Of a stretch of DNA of 64,000 nucleotides, positions 43,863 through 53,375 are shown piece after piece. How positions within the stretch are numbered: the stretch's first letter is position 1; each line of letters begins with the position of its first letter. The translations under genes and the position numbers were made by a program. This stretch comes from Candidatus Saccharimonadales bacterium (GTDB taxonomy: Bacteria > Patescibacteriota > Saccharimonadia > Saccharimonadales > JAYRRP01), in assembly GCA_041906765.1 (NCBI GenBank), contig JAYRIP010000008.1, forward strand, positions 2,898 through 66,897, written 5' to 3'. The notes under the pieces were generated by a model. That model had not been told where the DNA came from. It saw nothing but the letters and a program-made list of their open reading frames with translations, and ran no database searches.

Positions 43863-44293
43863 ATCTTCGCCTTATATCCGATACTTAACTGCCCCGTACC
43901 ACCGTTTATTTGTGGCCATGTAATCGCGATTGTAAAGACATCTGTAGTAGGGGTATCTTTTGCAATTGCAATATTATATCTTGCGCCGGGGTTCTGGTTT
44001 TTGCAGTGGGTTACATCAGCACTTGTTACTGTTGTTACCGTCAAGCCAGAGACATACAAGCAAAAAGAAGGTGCCGGATAAGTAGGCGTCGGCGCAGTAG
44101 CGGCATAATATTTCAGCATTTCTAGTTGGCCCTCGGCAATTTTGAGGGCTTCTGCCCGCTCCTGACTGGCTCGCACCCCATTTAAGCTGCGGCGGGCACT
44201 AGCGTATGCTCCAGTGAGCACCACGCCAACTATTGCGACGGCAATTAGCACTTCTACGATAGTGTCACCTCGGCTGCCTAGCTTCATGAGCAC
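43859..44293 (-). CDS. minor pilin-like protein (PilV-like)
   Basis: 144 aa, GSRG/DTIVEVLIAVAIVGVVL prepilin motif. It overlaps its neighbours by 4 and 10 nt. Confidence 0.75.
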   Translation of the reverse strand: MLMKLGSRGDTIVEVLIAVAIVGVVLTGAYASARRSLNGVRASQERAEALKIAEGQLEMLKYYAATAPTPTYPAPSFCLYVSGLTVTTVTSADVTHCKNQNPGARYNIAIAKDTPTTDVFTIAITWPQINGGTGQLSIGYKAKI

Positions 44294-45126
44294 TCCGCTG
44301 GTATTGGTGATGCATTTTTGATGGTAACACTTGTAGTGAGGCTACCGCTCGTGCCGCCGATAGTCACTATGCCATACTGGTTAGTCCCCCCGCTTTTAAA
44401 GCATACCGTAGCTTTATCAACCGTAGAATCAGGGATATCGGGTGGAGGAAGTGGAGATAATTTATTTTTTATCGCGGTTACCATACTAGCGCTATCCATA
44501 TTCAGACCACCAAACGCCGTGAGCTTTGCTTCTAAACTACCCGACACCAATCCCCCGCTTCCTAATGGTGCGGTAGTGGCATTAGGGCTAGACAAGAAAC
44601 CAATTGCTCCCACGTTGACACCGTCAGCCTTGATTCGTTGTATCTCGAGTCCGTATTTGAGCTTTTTCACTTCTGTATTATCTGCTGCCGGATCTACGAG
44701 GGGTCTAGCCATTGCTTCTTGCCACGTTTGCACAGGGCGCTTTGGGGTGGGCACGGTCTCTCTCAGGCCGACAATTGAAAACACGTTTATGTCTTCGGGC
44801 TGGCCATCTACGCCAAACTGCATTACTCTACCCAAGAACATACACCCCTTGTTCTCACCCTGATTAGTGCTACCAGAAGAAAATGATGGGCCAGATGAAG
44901 AAGAGCTGCAGGTAAAATTGCCCAGACTTGGATAATACCCGGTTTGTACGTTACCGATAACATCTTGAATAACCTGGTCAACATCACGAATAGCTTGGGC
45001 AAATTCGGTTTTGCGCTGTTGGCCGCCAATAAGATTGAAGGCGCTGACCAGCAATACACTGGATACTGCCAAGAATATCATTACCTCAACAATAGTATAA
45101 CCTTGGGCTTGCCACCCTGTTTTCAT
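44284..45126 (-). CDS. minor pilin-like protein
   Basis: 280 aa, WQAQG/YTIVEVMIFLAVSSVLLV prepilin motif. Confidence 0.75.
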   Translation of the reverse strand: MKTGWQAQGYTIVEVMIFLAVSSVLLVSAFNLIGGQQRKTEFAQAIRDVDQVIQDVIGNVQTGYYPSLGNFTCSSSSSGPSFSSGSTNQGENKGCMFLGRVMQFGVDGQPEDINVFSIVGLRETVPTPKRPVQTWQEAMARPLVDPAADNTEVKKLKYGLEIQRIKADGVNVGAIGFLSSPNATTAPLGSGGLVSGSLEAKLTAFGGLNMDSASMVTAIKNKLSPLPPPDIPDSTVDKATVCFKSGGTNQYGIVTIGGTSGSLTTSVTIKNASPIPAECS

Positions 45127-45193
45127 ACGCCTCAGTATAGCATAAGCAACATCTTGGCAATACCTTAGGCCAAAAGGTTAACGACTCAGTACT

Positions 45194-45232
45194 TTGCAAG
45201 GAGACTCCCTGCTACAGGGAGTCTCCTTGCAA
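45194..45232. repeat. REP-like perfect palindrome, copy A
   Basis: TTGCAAGGAGACTCCCTG-CTA-CAGGGAGTCTCCTTGCAA. Confidence 0.95.
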
Positions 45233-45234
45233 TA

Positions 45235-46065
45235 CTAATAGCTAAGGAGCAAGGTATGTTTAGCCCATACTATTAGACTTGCGCCGAATAGATACACAAT
45301 AATCGTGGCCACAATCAGAAATGGACCAAAAGGCACGCGACTGCTGGCTTTGGCTTTTCCCATAAGCATTAGAGGCAATGCAACCAATGTGCCGAGCAGC
45401 GAAGCGGTAAAAATCATCAGCATACTTTGTACAGGGCCGCCCAGTAAGAGACCTAATACTACTCCGAGTTTCACGTCTCCACCGCCAATCCATTTGCCAC
45501 CTGATATCTGGAACAATAGATAAAACAACCCACTGGCAACCAATACACCCCAGATAGCCGTGGTAACCGCGTGTAGGCCACCACCATAAATTGTTGCTAG
45601 AACCAACACTTGAGCTAATGCCAGCCATACGAGCGGAAACACCACTCTATCTGGCAATAGATACCAGAGTAAATCGTATACCAAAAGGATCATAAAGCCG
45701 ATCAAAAATACTAGCCATAAGCCAAATTGCAGTAATCCACCGGCATTAAAACCATGTGGCCACCAAATGTACGAAGCAATAAAGAGTAGCGCGGTTACCA
45801 GCTCTACGGCCGGATATTGCCACGATATCGGTTTTTTGCAGTAGCGGCACTTACCTTTCAGTTCTAGCCAGCTCAAAACCGGTATAAGGTCTCTGGTGGC
45901 CAAGGTGTGCTGACAATGCGGACACATGGAGCGACCGCGTGTGATGGAGTACTGTTCCTTTTGCTTTTTGGACTTGGTTACTTCTTGTTTGTGCAGACGC
46001 CACACGGCAGCGTTTACAAAACTCCCAAAACACAAGCCCAATAACCCTAAAATTATATATATCAT
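45235..46065 (-). CDS. pilD: prepilin peptidase (A24 family)
   Basis: 276 aa, polytopic, with an N-terminal Cys-rich segment (CPHCQH...CRYCKKPIS) and GGGDVKL / PFGPFL motifs. Confidence 0.92.
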   Translation of the reverse strand: MIYIILGLLGLCFGSFVNAAVWRLHKQEVTKSKKQKEQYSITRGRSMCPHCQHTLATRDLIPVLSWLELKGKCRYCKKPISWQYPAVELVTALLFIASYIWWPHGFNAGGLLQFGLWLVFLIGFMILLVYDLLWYLLPDRVVFPLVWLALAQVLVLATIYGGGLHAVTTAIWGVLVASGLFYLLFQISGGKWIGGGDVKLGVVLGLLLGGPVQSMLMIFTASLLGTLVALPLMLMGKAKASSRVPFGPFLIVATIIVYLFGASLIVWAKHTLLLSY

Positions 46066-46093
46066 TGTGCTTAACTATAGCAGCTCCTCTGTT

Positions 46094-46132
46094 CTGCAAG
46101 GAGACTCCCTGCAACAGGGAGTCTCCTTGCAA
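46094..46132. repeat. REP-like perfect palindrome, copy B
   Basis: CTGCAAGGAGACTCCCTG-CAA-CAGGGAGTCTCCTTGCAA, 10 nt from the transposase stop. Confidence 0.95.
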
Positions 46133-46141
46133 AGGTTGGGG

Positions 46142-46783
46142 TTAATAGTTGGCTAGCTCGTGTTTTAGGATATCGAGTTCTTCCTTGGCTTCCTCGTAAT
46201 CTTCGACGAATTTTTTGTACTCTTTTGATGAATTAAAGTCACCTAAAACATAATCGGGGGTCACCCACTCCTGCCCTGCCTCGCCCAGATATTGAGTTAA
46301 GCTGCTATAGGGCCAAGTTTTATATTCCTTGGGATTTAAGTGAATATAACGTGATATATGCGCAAAATGCGTATCATCAGTGATGAGAGAGGCTCGATAA
46401 TTGTTCTCAAACAGTGGTCCGTGCCTATCGTATTTTTTGTTGAAATACATAGTATAGGCTGTGCAAATACTGCTCATAAGTTCAGGTAAAGCCCGGGGAT
46501 CATCTTTTTGATATAAAAACAGGTGATAGTGATTAGGCATCCAGCAATAAGCAAGCACATCAATTTTTGGCTTCAACCACTTATAGTCACGGCCATACCG
46601 ATCCTGGGAGGGTTTAAGGTCTAAATGGCGTGCAAATAAATTAGAGAAATACTCGTAGTCAGTCTGATCAAGGAAAATAGGTTGTTTATTCACCCCTCTG
46701 TTATAGACGTGGTAATAGCTATGTTCGGCAAACTCCCGCAATAAATTTCTCCCTGGCATAGCTGAAGTATAAGAGTCATCCAT
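46142..46783 (-). mobile_element. IS200-like Y1 (HUH) transposase, REP-associated tyrosine transposase (RAYT)-like
   Basis: 213 aa. YHVYNRGVNKQPIF, the HUH motif in MPNHYHLFL, and the catalytic Tyr context SRYIHLNP. It is flanked on both sides by the REP-like palindromes in inverted orientation. Confidence 0.85.
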
Positions 46784-46796
46784 CTGTCTTACAAGA

Positions 46797-46830
46797 GCAA
46801 GGAGACTCCCTGTTGCAGGGAGTCTCCTTG
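46797..46830. repeat. REP-like perfect palindrome, copy C (loop inverted relative to copy B)
   Basis: GCAAGGAGACTCCCTG-TTG-CAGGGAGTCTCCTTG, 14 nt upstream of the transposase start. Confidence 0.95.
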
Positions 46831-46897
46831 TATTGCCTATATTGTAGGGTGTGGGTTTGTGGTGGTTGCGTTTGCGGTTGTTATGGTTGTTGGGGGG

Positions 46898-46933
46898 ACA
46901 AAATGAAAGTATAGCTCCGGAGAGCTATACTTT
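46898..46933 (-). terminator. intrinsic terminator after pilA
   Basis: Minus sense: AAAGUAUAGCUC-UCCG-GAGCUAUACUUU (12-bp stem) followed by CAUUUUGU. Confidence 0.7.
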
Positions 46934-46976
46934 GCGCTGCTATTTCAGCTTGTTTAGAGGTTTAACCTCTTAGACT

Positions 46977-47483
46977 CTACGAGCCTACTGTACACTGAGG
47001 AATGAAGCCTGCTGGTGCTACACCATTAGCGGCTTGGTTAGGAGACTCTATTAAATATGTCACCGTAACCTGTCTCTGAGATCCTCCAGTTAAGCCTGCT
47101 TGACCGCTACCATTTGCTCCACATACGGAGAAATTTCTAACGTAAAGAGTGTCTCGTGCAATTGTTGCGCCCAAACTCTGGAATGCAGTAGCATGAACAT
47201 TATAATTAACAGCGCTTACTTGTCCATAATTCGCGTTTGCTGGGTCAACGGCTTGAGGAGCAGTTGTGCCAGTCGGTAGTGTGCCATTGTTATTATTAGA
47301 CGTTTCTTGAAGTGCCCCTGCAGATTTTGACGCATCATCCTTTACTCTAGTATTACGGCTATTCCTTTGTAAAGCTGGAACCGCCAAGAACACGATCAGC
47401 AGTATTAAACCGGCAATTGCCAGCACGATCAGGACTTCGATGATGGTGAAGCCTTGTGAGCGTTTTTTTAGATTTTTAAGCAT
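46977..47483 (-). CDS. pilA: major type IV pilin
   Basis: 168 aa, KRSQG/FTIIEVLIVLAIAGLILLIVFLAVPALQRN. It sits directly downstream of pilC and has its own strong terminator. Confidence 0.85.
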   Translation of the reverse strand: MLKNLKKRSQGFTIIEVLIVLAIAGLILLIVFLAVPALQRNSRNTRVKDDASKSAGALQETSNNNNGTLPTGTTAPQAVDPANANYGQVSAVNYNVHATAFQSLGATIARDTLYVRNFSVCGANGSGQAGLTGGSQRQVTVTYLIESPNQAANGVAPAGFIPQCTVGS

Positions 47484-47583
47484 TGATTTATGCCCCCCTA
47501 TGGTTATTTATAGTTATGCTTATGAAAGCATATTAATGTGCTTGTGTTTAAAAAGCAAGAGGGTTTTCCCCAACCCCCAGAGA

Positions 47584-48801
47584 CTACTTAATAATTGTCT
47601 TGCCAGCCAAGCTGTAGATAGGCAGTAATACCGCAGCCACGATAATGAAAGCAAATACTCCGAGCACTATCATCAGCACCGGCTCGATAATAGTCGAGAT
47701 GTTCTTAATAGCTGTATCCACTTCTTTTTCGTAATAGTCTGCAACCTTATTCATCATCTCTTCCATGGCACCGGATTGCTCGCCGATACGCAACATGTTG
47801 GGCACCAGTTCCAGAATGTTTGGGTCGCCCTCGAGCGCATCAGACAGCGCCTTGCCACCTTTGACCTTCTCTATCGCTTTTTTGATAGTGGCTTCTATGT
47901 GCACGTTGTTGATGGAATCAGCCGAGATATCGAGCATTTGGATGAGCGGCACACCACTGCCAATAAGGGTTGCGCCAATGCGTGCAAATCGCGCCATATA
48001 TAGCTTCATAAATAATGGACCAATGGGCCACCAGCGCATTTTGGCTTTGTCTATAAACTGTTTACCACCAAAAGTGCGGGCCCAGCGGGTTAAGAAGAAG
48101 CTGCCAATTCCTGCACCTATTATAATTACCCACCAAAATTTGGTGATAAAATGCGATATTGCCAGCAATATTTTGGTAATCAAAGGTAAGGTAGCGCCGG
48201 GAAGATCTTTATACATCACCTCAACTTGTGGCAGCACTTTGACGATCATAAAGCCCACCACAAGTACCATGACGACCAAGACGACTGCCGGATATATCAT
48301 CGCGCCCCGGACTTTGCTGAGGATTTCGGCGTCGCGCTCTTGCTGGTTTGCCAGCCGCTCCAGTGCTTTATCGAGCGTACCGGAGGCTTCACCAGCCGCT
48401 ACCATACTGATAAACACCCGGTTGAAGACCGCGGGGTGCTTGGCTAACGCGGCCGAAAAAGATGTACCGCCTTCTACGTCAGTAATTACTTCGTTAATAA
48501 TAACCTTGAACATTTTGTTTTGTGTCTGGCCGCTGACATTTTGCAAACTTTGCACCAGCGGCAAACCAGCGTTAATTAGTGTCGCCAGTTGGCGTGAGAA
48601 TAACACCTTGTCTTTGACACTGACACGATTGAAAAGTTTGCCGATACCCTTGCTGGAAACATTAAGGGCTTTAATATCAATCGGGCTCAGACCTTCTTCG
48701 TGTATTAGTCTGGCAGCAGCCTGTGGGTTTTCGGCCTGCACCTGGGCCTTGACCTTTTGGCCGGTTTTAGGGTCGCGGGCAGTGTACTCAAAAGTGAGCA
48801 T
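47584..48801 (-). CDS. pilC: type IV pilus platform protein (GspF/PilC family)
   Basis: 405 aa with two T2SF repeats (FSRQLATLINAGLPL; FARIGATLIGSGVPL) and three TM segments. Confidence 0.92.
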   Translation of the reverse strand: MLTFEYTARDPKTGQKVKAQVQAENPQAAARLIHEEGLSPIDIKALNVSSKGIGKLFNRVSVKDKVLFSRQLATLINAGLPLVQSLQNVSGQTQNKMFKVIINEVITDVEGGTSFSAALAKHPAVFNRVFISMVAAGEASGTLDKALERLANQQERDAEILSKVRGAMIYPAVVLVVMVLVVGFMIVKVLPQVEVMYKDLPGATLPLITKILLAISHFITKFWWVIIIGAGIGSFFLTRWARTFGGKQFIDKAKMRWWPIGPLFMKLYMARFARIGATLIGSGVPLIQMLDISADSINNVHIEATIKKAIEKVKGGKALSDALEGDPNILELVPNMLRIGEQSGAMEEMMNKVADYYEKEVDTAIKNISTIIEPVLMIVLGVFAFIIVAAVLLPIYSLAGKTIIK

Positions 48802-48808
48802 GATGTGG

Positions 48809-49879
48809 CTATCCTCTCATCATCCTATCCAGCTCTTCGAGATCTACCGCATAGTTGCGAGCTTCGTCATAGGTAATAGTACCGCTGTGAATAAGATTTA
48901 CTAACGTCTTGTCCATGGACTGCATACCGTGTTCTGCGCCCGTTTGAATCACTGCTTCCAGCTGATGACTTTTGCCTTCACGGATAATGTTTCGGACGGC
49001 AGGTGTGGCTATCAAAATCTCGGCTGCAGCAATGCGCCCGCCACCGATAGCCGGAATAAGCCGCTGTGAGCAAATTGCCATAAGCATGTTTGCCAGCTGG
49101 GCGCGAATTTGTGGCTGTTGGTGCGGTGGGAAAACATCTATCATGCGGTCGATACTCTGGGCAGCCGAATTGGTATGAAGCGTTGCCAGCACCAAATGGC
49201 CGGTTTCGGCGATAGTAATAGCAGAGGAGATAGTCTCCAGATCACGCATTTCACCAATGAGTACCACATCGGGATCTTCACGTAAGCTGGAACGCAAGGC
49301 CGCAGAAAACGAGTAGGTATCATAGTGGACTTCCCTCTGAACAATGACTGACTTTTTGGATTTATGCGTGTATTCTATCGGATCCTCGATGGTGATTATA
49401 TGTGCAGCACGTTCGTTGTTAATCTTCTTGATAATACCGGCAAGTGATGTTGATTTGCCCGAGCCAGTAGGGCCAGTAAAAAGCACTAGTCCACGCGGGT
49501 AATCAGCGAACTTGTTAACAATCGGTGGCAGGCCCAGTTGCTCGACACTTAAGATTTCGGTAGGAATAAGCCGAAAAGCTCCTGCTAAGTTACCGCGCTC
49601 ATGGAACGCATTAACACGAAAACGGCCCAAGTCACCAAAGGCAAAACTAAAGTCAAATTCTTTATCTTTGAGCAAAATCTGTTTTTGGTCTTCATCAAGA
49701 ATGGAAAATATAAGCGATTCAACCGCTTCTTCGTTGAGAGTTTCGGAGTTGGCTACTGGTGTTAAGGAGCCATCAACCCTGAGCATCGGCGATAGGCCAA
49801 CCTGGAGATGCAGGTCCGAGGCTTTCTTTTTGATGACTTCTTCAAGTAATAATTCTATACGCAGTTGCGGCATCTCCAC
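48809..49879 (-). CDS. pilT: type IV pilus retraction ATPase
   Basis: 356 aa with Walker A GPTGSGKST, EDPIEY, the AIRN-type motif PAVRNIIREGK, and His-box ATLHTNSA. Confidence 0.9.
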   Translation of the reverse strand: MEMPQLRIELLLEEVIKKKASDLHLQVGLSPMLRVDGSLTPVANSETLNEEAVESLIFSILDEDQKQILLKDKEFDFSFAFGDLGRFRVNAFHERGNLAGAFRLIPTEILSVEQLGLPPIVNKFADYPRGLVLFTGPTGSGKSTSLAGIIKKINNERAAHIITIEDPIEYTHKSKKSVIVQREVHYDTYSFSAALRSSLREDPDVVLIGEMRDLETISSAITIAETGHLVLATLHTNSAAQSIDRMIDVFPPHQQPQIRAQLANMLMAICSQRLIPAIGGGRIAAAEILIATPAVRNIIREGKSHQLEAVIQTGAEHGMQSMDKTLVNLIHSGTITYDEARNYAVDLEELDRMMRG

Positions 49880-49921
49880 CCCCTTTGTAAACCTTCTGTC
49901 ATTCTTCTAAACATATACTTC

Positions 49922-51721
49922 TTACGCACTCTCCATTGACGCAACACGGTTGACTTCACCCAAAGTAGTGTTACCCACCAATGCCTTGAGGTAACCATCC
50001 TCACGCATGGTGAGCATACCTTCCTCTTGGGCGGCTTTTTGGATTTCGCCACTCGTAGATCGCTTGAGAATAAGCTCCTGGATTTTTTCTGTTACCTCAA
50101 ATACTTCGTACAAACCCATACGACCTTTATAGCCTCCTGGAGTATCGGGATTATCTTTGCCCTTAAACAAAGTATAAGCGTTTTGCCCCCGCAGTGGCAA
50201 GCTCTCATAGCCCAAATCTTCGCCAACACTGGCTCGTTCGGCTTCGGTTGCTGGCAGCAATTTGCCAAGGGTCTGGCGAACCGCCTCAGTTTCGGCTTTG
50301 TCTGACTGATAAGACGTGTGATCTTTGCTGATACGACGCACCAGCCGCTGGCCGATGACCGTGTGCACGGTACTGGCAATCAAAAATGGTTCCACACCCA
50401 TGTCGAGCAGACGTGGCAGAATGCCAGCCGCCGAATTGGTGTGAAGCGTCGAAAACACCAGGTGGCCAGTCAAGGCAGCTTGCACCGCCAGATTTGCAGT
50501 TTCTTTATCACGAATCTCCCCTACCATCACCACATCAGGGTCTTGCCTCAAAATTGAGCGCAGGCCGGTAGCAAACGTCAGTCCCACATCAGTATTCACT
50601 TGAATCTGGTTAACGCCTGGCATTTTGTATTCTACCGGATCCTCGAGTGTCACGATGTTTATCGTGTCCTTTTTTATCTCCTGGAGTAAAGCATACATAG
50701 AGGTCGTTTTGCCCGAGCCGGTAGGACCGCTGGTGAGGATCATGCCATGGGGTTGTTCAAGCCCTTTGCGAATAGCCCGCAGCGCCCGGCCATGATATCC
50801 CATATCTTCAAGCCGCAGACTAGTACCGGATTTATCGAGTAAACGAATAACTACCTGCTCACCCCACACCACCGGTGAAATGGCAATACGCAAGTCAATC
50901 GGATGAGAATCTACCGCTATCGTGAATTGACCATCCTGCGGAATACGGTGTTCGTCAATTTTGAGATTGGATAAAATCTTTATGCGCGAAACCAGTGGTG
51001 CTTCGGTGCTTTTAGGGAGTTTCATAATCTCGCGTAATACCCCATCAACCCGCGCGCGGATTTTCAGGGATTTTTCCAGTGGCTCAATATGGACGTCGCT
51101 AGCACGGTTTTTGGCAGCATATTCAAGAATAGTGGTAAGTGCTTTACTGATGGGCGAATCCTGCACGATAGTACGGATATTGGTATGGCTGCCTGCCATT
51201 GCCTCTTTGGCAAGATTGGTATTGGCAAGCACCTCATTACCGACGGATTCGAGATCGCCGGCGATTTTGCTGTCAATTCTACCCTGGTACTGCTTGAGTA
51301 CGCGCTTAATTCCTGCCTCGCTGGCCGCGTAAACTTTAAGCGGACGACCAATCTTGTTGGATAAAAAATCTGCCGCCTGCACGTTATCCGCATCAAGCAT
51401 TGCGACGACCAACCGATGCTGCATTTCACCCAATGGCACTGCCATGTAACGCTCGGCAATCTCTTCTGGTAAAAGCGTCAGTACATCAGGATCAATATGG
51501 GCATTGCTCAGGTTTACATACGGAACCCGGGCGACTTTGGAGATAACTTTAGTCAGGTCTTCCTCAGACACATAACCGCTACTTACTACCAGACCGAGCA
51601 GGGGCATATTGTCGTGCTCAGCTTTGGTTGTTAACTCTTCCAGACGTTCACGGGTAAGCAGGCCTTGAGCCACTAATTCATCTTCTACCTGCTTTTGAGT
51701 GGCTGCGGATAAGACGCTCAT
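49922..51721 (-). CDS. pilB: type IV pilus assembly (extension) ATPase, GspE/PilB family
   Basis: 599 aa with N-terminal T2SE_N repeats, Walker A GPTGSGKTT, LEDPVEY, and STLHTNSAAG. Confidence 0.93.
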   Translation of the reverse strand: MSVLSAATQKQVEDELVAQGLLTRERLEELTTKAEHDNMPLLGLVVSSGYVSEEDLTKVISKVARVPYVNLSNAHIDPDVLTLLPEEIAERYMAVPLGEMQHRLVVAMLDADNVQAADFLSNKIGRPLKVYAASEAGIKRVLKQYQGRIDSKIAGDLESVGNEVLANTNLAKEAMAGSHTNIRTIVQDSPISKALTTILEYAAKNRASDVHIEPLEKSLKIRARVDGVLREIMKLPKSTEAPLVSRIKILSNLKIDEHRIPQDGQFTIAVDSHPIDLRIAISPVVWGEQVVIRLLDKSGTSLRLEDMGYHGRALRAIRKGLEQPHGMILTSGPTGSGKTTSMYALLQEIKKDTINIVTLEDPVEYKMPGVNQIQVNTDVGLTFATGLRSILRQDPDVVMVGEIRDKETANLAVQAALTGHLVFSTLHTNSAAGILPRLLDMGVEPFLIASTVHTVIGQRLVRRISKDHTSYQSDKAETEAVRQTLGKLLPATEAERASVGEDLGYESLPLRGQNAYTLFKGKDNPDTPGGYKGRMGLYEVFEVTEKIQELILKRSTSGEIQKAAQEEGMLTMREDGYLKALVGNTTLGEVNRVASMESA

Positions 51722-51733
51722 TTTTGCGCCTTA

Positions 51734-51982
51734 TTATTGAGGTTTATTATAGGGGTCTTGATTGTCTTCCGGACCTATCTGGATAACCTTTGTCGGGTTA
51801 ATGGATGATGCGTTGAAATACCTTTTGTCCGGTTCTTTGAACTCGGCGTTAATTACCTCTACTACTTCGACTTGCTGGTGACGGTTTTTGGGTGGTGCAA
51901 TAAAGAATTTGGTTGCCAGGATCGACAACACGCCACTAACAAAGGCTACGACTATTAAAAGTATGATATCTTTTTGTTTCAT
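51734..51982 (-). CDS. small single-pass membrane protein of the pilus operon
   Basis: 82 aa with an N-terminal TM (IILLIVVAFVSGVLSILATKFFI). A 4-nt overlap joins it to the upstream pilO-like gene. Confidence 0.55.
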   Translation of the reverse strand: MKQKDIILLIVVAFVSGVLSILATKFFIAPPKNRHQQVEVVEVINAEFKEPDKRYFNASSINPTKVIQIGPEDNQDPYNKPQ

Positions 51983-52659
51983 TGCACGTCCTTTGTGGTG
52001 ATTTTGAGGTTCTTTTTTGGTTGATAGTAGGTGCTCAGATCCATTTTTAGATCCAGCTTACCCTTATCTTGTGCAGATAAAGTTATTTTCTTCAAAATAA
52101 ACGGACGGATGGAAAGCTCGAACATCGGCACTAGATCCTGGATAGGTTTATATGCACCGGTCACAGAAAAGCTAATGGGCATCTCAACAGCTTCCGGTTT
52201 CTGACTGGCTTCCTTACCGGATTGGTTGGCTTCATCATCTGTGCCAGTAATATCATTAATCATAAACCCTTTGTCAGTCAGTATTTTTTCCACACTGCTC
52301 GCCAGCGCCGGATAGTCATATTTGCTCGGCAAAGCATCGAGGACGATCTTGGCGTTGTCACCATCCTTCTCTCCTGCCCCCGTGGAGCTGCCACCGAGTA
52401 CATTTTCTGGAGCAGTAACAAATTGTTGATAGGACTGAGCCAGTTTGCTGACAGTGTCGATATTTTTCTTTAACTGATCGCGGGCTTCTTCTTTGCTTTT
52501 GATCACTCTGGCCTGGTAACTGCGCTGACTCCAAAGTGCTTTGACAGCAACTACTGAAAATATTAATACAAAGACTGCCACAGCAATAGAGATAATCATC
52601 GTTGCGTTAGCGCGGTCAATTTGGAGCCTTTTGGATGAGAATTGTAATTTGGGTACCAT
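51979..52659 (-). CDS. pilO: PilO-like pilus alignment protein
   Basis: 226 aa with an N-terminal TM and a coiled-coil segment. Its position after pilN supports the call. Confidence 0.6.
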   Translation of the reverse strand: MVPKLQFSSKRLQIDRANATMIISIAVAVFVLIFSVVAVKALWSQRSYQARVIKSKEEARDQLKKNIDTVSKLAQSYQQFVTAPENVLGGSSTGAGEKDGDNAKIVLDALPSKYDYPALASSVEKILTDKGFMINDITGTDDEANQSGKEASQKPEAVEMPISFSVTGAYKPIQDLVPMFELSIRPFILKKITLSAQDKGKLDLKMDLSTYYQPKKNLKITTKDVQ

Positions 52660-52667
52660 AAAAATCC

Positions 52668-53375
52668 TTATTGCGCCTGATTATTCGTTTGTTGCTTAAA
52701 TATGTCCGAAGCCGTACTTGGTTTCTCAGTTGAAGAACGAGTGGAAATTTGATTTGGCACTGTCAGCGTTATCTGTTTGTTGACCCCAAAAATAACCGGG
52801 TCGAATTTGAAATCAATCGCATAACTTGCTTCTTTTTCAGAGCGGGAGATACTAGAGACGACATTAGAAAACGCATTGCCGGTTTTGGTCTCGGTCTTTC
52901 CGTCGGCAGTGGTCTCCGGATAGCTGAAAGTAGTAAATTTGATGGTATCGACATACTTATTTGCCATGTTTATCTCTTTAGTCGCGCCGGTAATCCTAAT
53001 TGTACTGGCGGCAAAATCCACTTCAACATTAGAGATAGTGACGTCCTTGGGCGTAATCTGTGATAAGTATCCAAACATCCTGGAGCCAATCTTTTTGCTA
53101 TCGTGCAGACTTGAAAGGCTGGAAAGCTGGTTCTGGATGGTCAGCAGCTTGTCGAGGTCTTTGGTGTCTTCGAGTTTTGCGGTGGATTCCTTGATATCTT
53201 TGTTGATATTATTCATATGTTTCTTTTGGAACACCTGCACGGCCAGGAAAAGTAACACCATCACTGTCAGGCTGGCGATTATCACTACTCCGCTCACGGT
53301 TATCATGGTTTGTTTGAGACGCTTCGCACGTATGTAGTGCAACTTTACGTCAGGGAGAAGATTAAACTGGATCAT
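52668..53375 (-). CDS. pilN: PilN-like pilus alignment protein
   Basis: 235 aa. It has the MIQFNLLPD (INLLP) N-terminal motif followed by a TM, and overlaps pilM by 4 nt. Confidence 0.75.
   Translation of the reverse strand: MIQFNLLPDVKLHYIRAKRLKQTMITVSGVVIIASLTVMVLLFLAVQVFQKKHMNNINKDIKESTAKLEDTKDLDKLLTIQNQLSSLSSLHDSKKIGSRMFGYLSQITPKDVTISNVEVDFAASTIRITGATKEINMANKYVDTIKFTTFSYPETTADGKTETKTGNAFSNVVSSISRSEKEASYAIDFKFDPVIFGVNKQITLTVPNQISTRSSTEKPSTASDIFKQQTNNQAQ

Noticed and set aside
44318-44863. 181-aa plus-strand ORF
   Set aside because: It is antisense to the 280-aa minor pilin-like gene, which carries a clear prepilin motif. It has no SD and an unusual composition.
47765-48904. 379-aa plus-strand ORF
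   Set aside because: It lies entirely antisense to pilC and the pilT 3' end, both of which have strong family motifs. Its sequence is low complexity (Ser/Thr/Ala/Leu-rich). It is a shadow ORF.
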